Shown: in pieces, positions 8,141 to 16,306 of the stretch | How the letters are laid out: the number at the start of each line of letters is the position of its first letter | Numbering within the stretch: the first letter of the stretch is position 1 | Assembly: GCF_018336915.1 (NCBI RefSeq) | Contig: NZ_CP064923.1 | Span: 5,190,001-5,222,000 of the forward strand | Reading direction: 5' to 3' | DNA: 32,000 nt | Source of the DNA: Acaryochloris marina S15 | GTDB lineage: Bacteria; Cyanobacteriota; Cyanobacteriia; Thermosynechococcales; Thermosynechococcaceae | Notes under the pieces: model-generated | What the model was told of the DNA's origin: nothing | The model's input: the letters and a program-made list of their open reading frames with translations, nothing else | Databases searched by the model: none | Translations under genes and position numbers: made by a program

Positions 8141-8152
8141 GTATGATTCGAA

Positions 8153-8875
8153 ATGTCCACTGATCCCCATTCCTGGTTGGCTCCCTCTCACTTCATCATG
8201 TTGGCCCTATTAGGGGGCTTTGGGTTAATCCACAGCGGTTTAGCTTCCCTGCGGATGGCAGCAGAGAAGAAATTAGGGGCGCGGCTCTATCGCGTTATCT
8301 TTGCCTTAGCAAGCATCACCGCTGCGGTGATTGTGATCGGCTATTTTCTGAAGCATCGCTACGATGGGGTCCAGCTTTGGCAGCTTCAGGGCACCCCAGG
8401 TTTGCCAGGCTTGATTTGGGCCTTGTCAGCGATTTCTTTTATTTTTCTCTATCCCGCCACCTTCAACCTGCTAGAGATTGCAGCGATTCAGAAGCCCCAG
8501 GTCTATCTCTACGAAACCGGCATCATTCGGATTTGCCGCCATCCCCAAATGGTGGGCCAGGTGATTTGGTGCATAGCCCATTTACTTTGGGTCGGGACTT
8601 CCTTTAATTTAGCGACCTGCTTGGGATTAATTGGTTATCACTTGTTTGGCGTTTGGCATGGCGATCAGCGATTAGCCAAACGCTATGGTGACGCATTCGA
8701 GGCAGTCAAGGCACGCACCTCCATCGTGCCCTTTCTAGCCATTGCTCAGGGCAAGCAAACCTTCAAGCTCCAGGAATTTTTAAAGCCTGCCTATGTTGGG
8801 GTGGCTGGCTTTATTTGGCTATTTTGGATTGCCCATCCCCTGATGATGCGTGCAGCATTCAGCGTTCGCTGGTAG
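8153..8875 (+). CDS. NnrU-family membrane protein (Z-ISO-like)
   Basis: 240 aa with 5-6 predicted TM helices. It has an ..ICRHPQMVGQVIWCIAHLLW.. motif of the NnrU type. Confidence 0.65.
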   Translation: MSTDPHSWLAPSHFIMLALLGGFGLIHSGLASLRMAAEKKLGARLYRVIFALASITAAVIVIGYFLKHRYDGVQLWQLQGTPGLPGLIWALSAISFIFLYPATFNLLEIAAIQKPQVYLYETGIIRICRHPQMVGQVIWCIAHLLWVGTSFNLATCLGLIGYHLFGVWHGDQRLAKRYGDAFEAVKARTSIVPFLAIAQGKQTFKLQEFLKPAYVGVAGFIWLFWIAHPLMMRAAFSVRW

Positions 8876-8920
8876 CATAATTTCAGCCTTTCCCATCGTC
8901 TTTCCTAATCTCCCTTGAGC

Positions 8921-9271
8921 ATGCTGCCTGCGATTCAAACCCGTACCTTTGCCCCCGAAGTGTTGCAGTCCGAGACTGCCGTTTTAGTCAACTTTTGGGC
9001 TCCTTGGTGTGGCGTCTGTCGTTGGGTGGAACCGTTACTGATTCAGGTCCAGGCGGATTACGACTCGGAACTCAAGGTTGTCGCTGTCAATGCCGACGAA
9101 AATTTTGCCATCGCCAGCCAATATCGCCTCACTAATATTCCCAGTCTGCTGCTATTTCACCAGGGGCGTCTGGTCCATCGAATGGACCACTTTTGCGATC
9201 GCACCGAAGCATTGCGATTGTTAGAGGCAGCGCTAGATCAGATTGTTCCATCGCGATTGTCTGCGGGGTAA
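8921..9271 (+). CDS. thioredoxin-family protein with atypical WCGVC active site
   Basis: ..VLVNFWAPWCGVCRWVEP.. has a thioredoxin-fold length and a cis-Pro context (..TNIPSLLLF..). The track start is TTG 8915; an ATG lies two codons later at 8921. Confidence 0.8.
   Translation: MLPAIQTRTFAPEVLQSETAVLVNFWAPWCGVCRWVEPLLIQVQADYDSELKVVAVNADENFAIASQYRLTNIPSLLLFHQGRLVHRMDHFCDRTEALRLLEAALDQIVPSRLSAG
9195..9202. repeat. HIP1 palindrome GCGATCGC
   Basis: perfect octamer read in sequence. Confidence 0.95.
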
Positions 9272-9401
9272 CCTAACTTTACATCTCTAAGTATTTAAAA
9301 ATCGAATTTGACAGGGTACCTCAAACAGTGTTTGGGTATAAGGTTCGATTGGTTAATCTTAAGGATTGCGGGTCGAGAAAGGGCCTGATATTGTGTAACA
9401 A

Positions 9402-9417
9402 TGTAAATTGTTTTACA
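9402..9417 (+). promoter_or_regulatory. TGTA-N8-TACA palindrome 38 nt upstream of ndhF start (candidate CRP/NtcA-family site)
   Basis: Read directly as TGTA aattgttt TACA, embedded in a cluster of TGTAA/TTACA pentamers (9394, 9402, 9413, 9421). There is no correctly spaced TAN3T -10 downstream. Confidence 0.25.
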
Positions 9418-9454
9418 AACTGTAAAGTTTTTTGTATCGACAACAGCGTCAACG

Positions 9455-11518
9455 ATGGATTCGTTATATCAATTTGCTTGGCTTATCCCTGTATTGCCAC
9501 TCGGCGGTGCATTTCTCGTAGGTTTAGGGTTAATCTCCTACAACAAACAAACGAACGCCCTCCGTCAACTCAATGCGGCCTTTATTGTGTCCTTGATGGG
9601 AGCGGCAATGGTCCTCTCCTTTTCGATTCTATGGAGTCAGATTCAGGGTCATGCGCCCTATCTGATGACCTTCGAATGGGCTTCAGCGGGTGACTTTCAT
9701 TTGACGATGGGCTATACCATCGATCACTTGACCTCTCTCATGCTGGTGGTGGTGACCACAGTTGCCTTCCTAGTAATGATTTATACCGATGGGTACATGG
9801 CTCATGACCCCGGTTATGTAAGGTTTTATGCGTATTTAAGTCTATTTAGCTTCTCCATGTTGGGGTTAGTCCTTAGCCCGAACTTGGTGCAAATTTATAT
9901 TTTCTGGGAATTGGTGGGGATGTGTTCCTACCTGCTGGTGGGATTCTGGTATGACCGGAAACCTGCTGCCAATGCCTGCCAAAAAGCATTTGTAACGAAC
10001 CGAGTGGGGGACTTTGGGTTACTCCTCGGCATCTTGGGCCTGTATTGGGCTACTAATAGTTTTGAGTTCGACATCATGGGAGAGCGTTTGCAATCCCTGG
10101 TGGCGACGGGCGAGTTGAGCGGTGTGGTTGCGGCCATCTTCGCCATCTTGGTGTTTCTGGGACCCATGGCGAAGTCAGCCCAGTTCCCCCTCCATGTCTG
10201 GTTACCCGAAGCCATGGAAGGTCCTACCCCCATTTCTGCCCTGATTCACGCTGCAACCATGGTTGCAGCCGGGGTATTTTTGGTGGCTCGGATGTTCCCC
10301 GTGTTTTCGGACATTCCCACCGCCATGCAGTTTATTGCCTGGACCGGAGCGATTACCGCCTTTATGGGGGCCACCATTGCAGTGACCCAAAACGATATTA
10401 AGAAGGGTCTGGCCTACTCCACCATCTCCCAATTGGGATATATGGTCATGGCCATGGGCATCGGTGCCTACTCTGCGGGCCTCTTTCACCTGATGACCCA
10501 TGCCTACTTCAAGGCCATGCTGTTCCTAGGATCTGGTTCTGTGATTCATGGCATGGAAGCTGTGGTCGGTCATAACCCAGTCCTAGCGCAAGATATGCGT
10601 CTGATGGGCGGCCTGCGCAAGTACATGCCCTATACCGGCATCACCTTTTTAATCGGCTGCTTAGCCATTTGCGGTATTCCTCCCTTTGCAGGTTTTTGGT
10701 CTAAGGATGAGATTCTCAGTTTGGCCTTCGAAGCCAACCCAGCCTTGTGGCTAGTAGGTTGGCTGACGGCAGGACTCACAGCCTTCTATATGTTCCGAAT
10801 GTATTTCTCCACCTTTGAAGGAGACTTCCGGGGCAATATCAATGCCTTGCGTGAACAGATTGATGGCAAGTCTCCGGCTCTCAACTTTGGTCCTGGTGCC
10901 ATGGATCCTCGCGAGTTGACCATGGTGGCTGAGCCTGAGTCGGATCACCATGACGATCACCACCATGCGGATGAACCCCATGAATCACCGATTACCATGA
11001 CCTTGCCGTTAATGGTGTTGGCGATTCCCTCTATTGCCATTGGCCTATTGGGAATGCCCTTTAACAATCGGTTTGAAGCCTTTATTTATGCCCCCGGAGA
11101 AGCCAATGCAGCCCTAGAGGCAGCAGCTGAGTTTGAATGGTCCGAGTTTCTGTTGATGGCCGGCAATTCTGTGGGTATCGCCTTAATCGGGATTACCTTG
11201 GCGTCTTTGATGTACCGAACTCGGCAAGTGGATCCGGCTGCAATCTCAAATCGGTTCCCCACGCTATATGAGTTCTCCCTCAATAAGTGGTTTATTGATG
11301 ACCTTTACGAACGCACTATCATCAAGGGCTGTCGCCGGATTGCCCGCCTGGTTCTAGAGGTCGACTTCAAAGTCGTGGATGGCATCGTTAACTTTGCTGG
11401 ATTCCTAGCGGTATTGACCGGTGAAGGTCTCAAATACTTAGAAAGTGGCCGCCTCCAGTTCTACCTTTTCATCCTCTTTATGGCAGTCTTGGGGATCTCG
11501 ATTGCCACGGTCATCTAG
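9455..11518 (+). CDS. ndhF: NAD(P)H-quinone oxidoreductase (NDH-1) subunit 5, NdhF1-type
   Basis: 687-aa polytopic antiporter-like subunit with ..WELVGMCSYLLVGFWY.. and ..QFPLHVWLPEAMEGPTPISALIHAATMVAAGVFL... Its length and the absence of a cupA/cupB neighbour fit the NdhF1 type rather than F3/F4. Confidence 0.95.
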   Translation: MDSLYQFAWLIPVLPLGGAFLVGLGLISYNKQTNALRQLNAAFIVSLMGAAMVLSFSILWSQIQGHAPYLMTFEWASAGDFHLTMGYTIDHLTSLMLVVVTTVAFLVMIYTDGYMAHDPGYVRFYAYLSLFSFSMLGLVLSPNLVQIYIFWELVGMCSYLLVGFWYDRKPAANACQKAFVTNRVGDFGLLLGILGLYWATNSFEFDIMGERLQSLVATGELSGVVAAIFAILVFLGPMAKSAQFPLHVWLPEAMEGPTPISALIHAATMVAAGVFLVARMFPVFSDIPTAMQFIAWTGAITAFMGATIAVTQNDIKKGLAYSTISQLGYMVMAMGIGAYSAGLFHLMTHAYFKAMLFLGSGSVIHGMEAVVGHNPVLAQDMRLMGGLRKYMPYTGITFLIGCLAICGIPPFAGFWSKDEILSLAFEANPALWLVGWLTAGLTAFYMFRMYFSTFEGDFRGNINALREQIDGKSPALNFGPGAMDPRELTMVAEPESDHHDDHHHADEPHESPITMTLPLMVLAIPSIAIGLLGMPFNNRFEAFIYAPGEANAALEAAAEFEWSEFLLMAGNSVGIALIGITLASLMYRTRQVDPAAISNRFPTLYEFSLNKWFIDDLYERTIIKGCRRIARLVLEVDFKVVDGIVNFAGFLAVLTGEGLKYLESGRLQFYLFILFMAVLGISIATVI

Positions 11519-11570
11519 CGTCCATTCCTGCCTCGTCGTTGCTCAATCCGTCGAATAGAGATAGCGGTTC

Positions 11571-13175
11571 ATGAATCCAGATACATTCCCTTGGCTGTCA
11601 ACACTGATTTTCTTCCCCATTGTGGCCACTGTTGCCCTGCCCTTCATCCCTGATCCAAAGGGTAAAGGTGATCCCATTCGCTGGTATGCGTTGGTGATTG
11701 GCCTCATTGATTTTGTCCTCCTGGTTTACGCCTTTTACACCCAGTACGACTTTGCTGAGTCTGGGTTACAAATGGTGGAACGCTATGACTGGCTCCCTCA
11801 ATTAGGCGTGCAATGGTCCGTTGGGGCCGACGGCTTATCCATGCCCCTGATTTTGCTAACGGGATTTATCACCTCCTTGGCAATCCTGGCCTCCTGGCCC
11901 GTCACCTATAAACCACGACTCTTCTATTTCTTGATTCTGGCGATGTACGGTGGCCAAATCGCGGTGTTCGCCGTTCAAGATCTACTAGTCTTTTTCCTGG
12001 TCTGGGAATTGGAATTGGTTCCGGTGTATCTGTTGCTCTCAATTTGGGGGGGCTACAAACGGCTGTATGCAGCGACGAAATTTATTCTGTATACCGCCAT
12101 CAGCTCTCTATTTATCCTGGTTGCCGCCTTGGCGATGGCCTTCTTTGGTCCCGATCTAACTTTTGACCTGCAATCCTTAGCGGCCAAAGACTATCCGTTA
12201 ACGTTTCAATTGCTCTGCTACACAGGCTTCCTGGTGGCCTTTGCCGTCAAGTTGCCGATTGTGCCTCTGCATACTTGGTTACCGGATGCTCACGGGGAAG
12301 CCACGGCTCCTGTCCACATGCTGCTGGCCGGAATTCTCCTCAAGATGGGGGGCTATGCGTTAATTCGCATGAATGTGGAGCTACTCCCTGACGCCCATGC
12401 CTATTTTGCCCCCGTTCTGATTATTCTGGGGGTGGTCAATATTATTTACGCTGCCCTCACCTCCTTTGCCCAGCGAAATCTCAAACGCAAGATTGCCTAT
12501 TCGTCCATTTCCCATATGGGCTTTGTCCTGATCGGAATTGCCTCCTTTACGGACTTAGGAATGAGCGGTGCTGTGCTGCAAATGGTCTCTCACGGATTGA
12601 TTGGTGCCAGTCTCTTCTTCTTAGTTGGAGCGACCTACGATCGCACCCACACTTTGATTCTGGAAGAGATGGGAGGTGTGGCCCAGAGCATGCCTAAAAT
12701 CTTTGCCATGTTCACGACCTGTTCCATGGCGTCTTTAGCCCTACCTGGGATGAGCGGTTTTGTTGCTGAACTGATGATCTTTGTTGGCTTAGCCACAAGC
12801 GATGCCTATAGTCTGGCCTTTCGCATACCCATGGTTATTTTGGCGGGTATTGGGGTCATTCTCACCCCGATTTACCTGCTGTCCATGCTGCGGGAAATCT
12901 TCTACGGACCTGAAAACAAGGAACTCACGTCTCATGAGAAGCTGGTCGACGCAGAACCCCGGGAAATCTTTGTGATTGTCTGCCTACTCGTCCCTATTAT
13001 TGGTATTGGTCTCTATCCCAAAATCATTACCCAGATTTACGATGCCAAGACCACACAGCTGGTCGCCTATATTCGTCCCTCTGTGCCTTCTATTGCTATG
13101 CGAGAAGCAGCTACAGTCGCATCTGTATCCGATGTTGAGATGGAAAGCCCTTACCAAGCTCCCGCGATTAAGTAG
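11571..13175 (+). CDS. ndhD: NAD(P)H-quinone oxidoreductase (NDH-1) subunit 4, NdhD1/D2-type
   Basis: 534 aa with ..[33 protein letters not shown].. and ..[15 protein letters not shown]... It lies directly downstream of ndhF. Confidence 0.95.
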   Translation: MNPDTFPWLSTLIFFPIVATVALPFIPDPKGKGDPIRWYALVIGLIDFVLLVYAFYTQYDFAESGLQMVERYDWLPQLGVQWSVGADGLSMPLILLTGFITSLAILASWPVTYKPRLFYFLILAMYGGQIAVFAVQDLLVFFLVWELELVPVYLLLSIWGGYKRLYAATKFILYTAISSLFILVAALAMAFFGPDLTFDLQSLAAKDYPLTFQLLCYTGFLVAFAVKLPIVPLHTWLPDAHGEATAPVHMLLAGILLKMGGYALIRMNVELLPDAHAYFAPVLIILGVVNIIYAALTSFAQRNLKRKIAYSSISHMGFVLIGIASFTDLGMSGAVLQMVSHGLIGASLFFLVGATYDRTHTLILEEMGGVAQSMPKIFAMFTTCSMASLALPGMSGFVAELMIFVGLATSDAYSLAFRIPMVILAGIGVILTPIYLLSMLREIFYGPENKELTSHEKLVDAEPREIFVIVCLLVPIIGIGLYPKIITQIYDAKTTQLVAYIRPSVPSIAMREAATVASVSDVEMESPYQAPAIK

Positions 13176-13223
13176 GCTACTCTCCACTTCATACCTAAAA
13201 TTAATTTATTTAATAGGTATACT

Positions 13224-13254
13224 AACCCCCACACTGAATTTCAGAGTGGGGGTT
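13224..13254 (+). terminator. hairpin after ndhD (putative terminator, weak T-tail)
   Basis: AACCCCCACaCTG aattt CAGaGTGGGGGTT, about 50 nt after the ndhD stop. It is followed by CTCTGA, so the U-tract is poor. Confidence 0.45.
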
Positions 13255-13303
13255 CTCTGATAACAGTCATAATCCATTCACTGGGGAAGTTGGGAGAAAC
13301 CTC

Positions 13304-13729
13304 TCAACGCATTATTTGATGCTGAATTACACTTGGATCGAATTGAGGTGCATAATCAGCCAGATATCCTACGCCTTTCAGTTGATGAACAATACTCCAC
13401 ACTAAGTTATGGACATCGTCATGATTTAGACCACGTCGGCCCAGGGCAGGACTAATCCGTAAGCAGTCATAAAGCAAAGCAATGAGGTAGTTAGGATCGC
13501 AAGGCAAATCACGCTGGTGGCAATCGCAACAAAAGAGACACGCTACGACGTCATACCAGTACTGCTTCAGGGATAAATCAAGGAGAACATTTACAAATAC
13601 GCAAAATATAGGTTTCCACCCTACTTCTTCAGCTAACACAGCAATCTCTTCTGAGATGTCATCCTCTGTTGCCTCATCTTGAAATTTTGGGTTTGCAAGG
13701 ATCTTGATAATTTGTGGTTGAAGCTGCAA
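13304..13729 (-). CDS. hypothetical Cys-rich protein (orphan)
   Basis: 141-aa ORF with a TTG start in the track. It contains ..ACLFCCDCHQRDLPCDPNY... One hand-counted 60-nt line gave 37% GC. I recognise no family. Confidence 0.45.
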   Translation of the reverse strand: MQLQPQIIKILANPKFQDEATEDDISEEIAVLAEEVGWKPIFCVFVNVLLDLSLKQYWYDVVACLFCCDCHQRDLPCDPNYLIALLYDCLRISPALGRRGLNHDDVHNLVWSIVHQLKGVGYLADYAPQFDPSVIQHQIMR

Positions 13730-13849
13730 TTGCCATAGTCTCTAGTGATTCACAATAATTTTGGAGGCTGACCTCCAGTAAATCAACACTGGAAGCCAAT
13801 TATTCATGCAAAAGACAAGCTGCGATAGCCAAAATACCTGATAATTGCC

Positions 13850-15001
13850 ATGGTCTCTGATGTTTTGCAATGCGCTATGGCTGCTAAGACAAAAAAACAG
13901 TCCTCGAAAACAGTCGAGCCTCAAACTGCCGTTCTGCGACAACATGCCGAGCAACAGTTTGCAGCAGAACTCGAAGAACTTCGCAAATCTGATACGCGCC
14001 AACGTCCAGCAAACTGGCAGCTTTCTCCATGGGCCGTTTCCACCTATTTATTGGGGGGCACCTTAGAGAATGGCTTTGAAGTCTCAGCAAAATATATTGG
14101 CAATCGGCGACTGATGGAAATCGCTATTGCCACACTGACAACGGATCGAGCCCTTTTGCTGTATGGGGTTCCCGGTACGGCCAAGTCTTGGGTATCGGAA
14201 CATTTAGCGGCTGCGATCGCAGGAGATTCTACCTTATTAATCCAAGGGACTGCAGGCACCAGCGAAGATGCCATTCGCTATGGCTGGAACTATGCAAAGC
14301 TCTTAGCAGAAGGGCCATCCCTAGATGCGATCGTGCCTAGCCCGTTAATGCAATCCATGGATCAGGGCAAAATCACCCGCATTGAAGAACTGACACGCAT
14401 TCCTGCTGACGTTCAAGACACCTTGATTACCGTTCTCTCTGAGAAGACCCTGCCCATTGCCGAACTTGGAGAAGAGATTCAAGCCACCCAGGGGTTCAAT
14501 GTGATTGCCACCGCTAACAACCGAGACAAAGGGGTGAATGATCTCTCTAGCGCTCTGAAACGCCGTTTTAACACTGTTATTCTCCCCTTACCCGATGACG
14601 CCGATTCTGAAGTCAGAATTGTCCAAGAGCGAGTTAAAAGCTTAAAAACAGCCCTAGAACTACCCGCTGAAGCCCCTGCCTTAGCTGAAATTCGACGCGT
14701 TGTCACCATTTTCCGGGAATTACGCAGCGGCATGACGGAAGATGGCAAAACCAAGCTCAAATCTCCCAGCAGCACCCTAAGCACCGCAGAAGCCATTTCT
14801 GTCGTCAATAGCGGCTTATCTTTGGCCGCCCATTTCGGTGATGGTTCCCTCCAGGCCCATGATTTAGTCTCTAGCTTGGTTGGAGCCGTGGTTAAAGATC
14901 CAGTTCAAGATCAAGTGGTGTGGAAAGAATATCTTGAAACCGTGGTTAAAGAGCGAGACAACTGGAGTGACTTATATCGAGCCAGCCGCGAGGTTCTCTA
15001 G
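13850..15001 (+). CDS. MoxR-like AAA+ ATPase
   Basis: Walker A is of the MoxR type (LLLYGVPGTAKS). A degenerate Walker B/sensor region follows (..ITRIEELTRIPADVQDTLITVLSEK..), then ..FNVIATANNRD..LSSALKRRF... An alternative ATG start is at 13877. Confidence 0.7.
   Translation: MVSDVLQCAMAAKTKKQSSKTVEPQTAVLRQHAEQQFAAELEELRKSDTRQRPANWQLSPWAVSTYLLGGTLENGFEVSAKYIGNRRLMEIAIATLTTDRALLLYGVPGTAKSWVSEHLAAAIAGDSTLLIQGTAGTSEDAIRYGWNYAKLLAEGPSLDAIVPSPLMQSMDQGKITRIEELTRIPADVQDTLITVLSEKTLPIAELGEEIQATQGFNVIATANNRDKGVNDLSSALKRRFNTVILPLPDDADSEVRIVQERVKSLKTALELPAEAPALAEIRRVVTIFRELRSGMTEDGKTKLKSPSSTLSTAEAISVVNSGLSLAAHFGDGSLQAHDLVSSLVGAVVKDPVQDQVVWKEYLETVVKERDNWSDLYRASREVL
14213..14220. repeat. HIP1 palindrome GCGATCGC
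   Basis: perfect octamer read in sequence. Confidence 0.95.
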
Positions 15002-15852
15002 CATTCAGGCTGGCATTGAGGGCAAAAATGAGTGGAGCGACCGACAAGCTTGATCCGTTCAATAGGTTGACCACAAGTCCGACAAGGCTGACCTTGGCGT
15101 CCATAGACCCAGGCCATGCCACCATAATTCCCATTCACCCCTTTGAGATCTCTAAAATCACTGAAGGTGGTACCGCCTGCCCCAATGCTGGTCGATAAGA
15201 CGTCCACAATCGCAGTTCGCAACCGCTGCACCTGTTCCATCTGCAGCTGGTGACATGGCATCGTCGGACAAATCCCACTCATAAACAAGGCTTCATCCGC
15301 ATAAATATTGCCCACTCCTGCCACCAAGGCCTGATCTAACAGAGCGCTTTTAATAGAACGCTTACGGCCTTGCAGGGATTTACCCAAATAATCGATGGAA
15401 AAATCTTTTGAGAAGGGTTCTGGCCCAAGCTTCTGCAGACCACTAATAATTTGCTTAGGATCTTCAGTGGGGGCCACCCACCACATTTGTCCAAAGGTTC
15501 GCTGATCGACAAATCGGAGTTCGCGATTATTCGCAAAAAATAGACGCACCCGAGTATGCTTCTGTACTGGCTCATCTTGGGCCAACCAGAGCAATTGCCC
15601 TGTCATACGCAAATGCACACCCAGCCAGCTCGGCTGACGATGAGTAGCTAAAGACAGCTGGCTTAGTAAATATTTGCCACGTCGCATCCATGCCAAAAAG
15701 GTTGCAGTTTGCAACCCTTGGATAAATGCTTGCGGAGACTGAGGATGGGCAATGGTTCGCGGATAGAGAACCTCGCCACCCATGATTTGCATCCCAACAG
15801 TCACCTTTTCTAGGCCAAGCCGCACTGTTTCTACTTCAGGTAGCTCAGGCAT
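14998..15852 (-). CDS. mutM: formamidopyrimidine-DNA glycosylase (Fpg/MutM)
   Basis: It has the N-terminal MPELPEVETVR, the H2TH region and a C-terminal zinc finger CRTCGQPI..FCPQCQ. Confidence 0.95.
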   Translation of the reverse strand: MPELPEVETVRLGLEKVTVGMQIMGGEVLYPRTIAHPQSPQAFIQGLQTATFLAWMRRGKYLLSQLSLATHRQPSWLGVHLRMTGQLLWLAQDEPVQKHTRVRLFFANNRELRFVDQRTFGQMWWVAPTEDPKQIISGLQKLGPEPFSKDFSIDYLGKSLQGRKRSIKSALLDQALVAGVGNIYADEALFMSGICPTMPCHQLQMEQVQRLRTAIVDVLSTSIGAGGTTFSDFRDLKGVNGNYGGMAWVYGRQGQPCRTCGQPIERIKLVGRSTHFCPQCQPEC

Positions 15853-15893
15853 TAAAGCAGACTGTTGGGACGAATAGTAGACACGAAGGTAAG

Positions 15894-16154
15894 TTAGCCT
15901 TCTGCTTTGGGAGCTGCAGCAGGCTTCTTAGCTTTTGCCTTGGGTGCCTCAACCTCTTCGAGTTCGTGAACCCCGAAGTTATTGGTGTTGATACCAGCAG
16001 CAGTACCACTAATCCCGTTGTAATTACAGGTATCGAAACGAACGATCACAGGATATTTAATACCACTTTTATCAACGGAGGCAACGGTGCCGATTTCACG
16101 AAACCAGTAAGACTCCGGGCGGAGAATTCTAACCTTAGAACCGCGTTGAACCAT
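15894..16154 (-). CDS. psaE: photosystem I reaction centre subunit IV (PsaE) with Lys/Ala/Pro-rich C-terminal tail
   Basis: [51 protein letters not shown] is the PsaE SH3-like core. An extra 18 aa ([18 protein letters not shown]) follow. Confidence 0.95.
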
Positions 16155-16306
16155 GAATCTTTTACCTTATTGAAATTGCAAACGAAGCATTGATCTCAGA
16201 CTACTATGGTCTCGGTGCAGTCCTAACCCAAAATCTATAAAATTTTATAACTGTCATAAAAATTGATGACTTTATCGTTCACTGAGATGCTTTTTGGGGA
16301 TCCTAA

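Noticed and set aside
9308-9342. TTGACA (9308-9313) with TATAAG (9337-9342) as a sigma-70 promoter for ndhF
   Set aside because: The spacer is 23 nt, far from the 17 +/- 1 optimum. TATAAG alone might still be a -10, but I cannot support the pair.
9328-9693. 121-aa ORF spanning the ndhF upstream region and the ndhF 5' end
   Set aside because: It overlaps the strongly supported ndhF frame. It has a GTG start in an AT-rich spacer and a Cys-rich nonsense-like sequence.
16155-16200. HLR1-like (RpaB) direct repeats upstream of psaE
   Set aside because: The best candidate, GTTTGCAA-TT-TCAATAAG on the minus strand, matches the (G/T)TTACA(T/A)(T/A) repeat consensus poorly in both halves.
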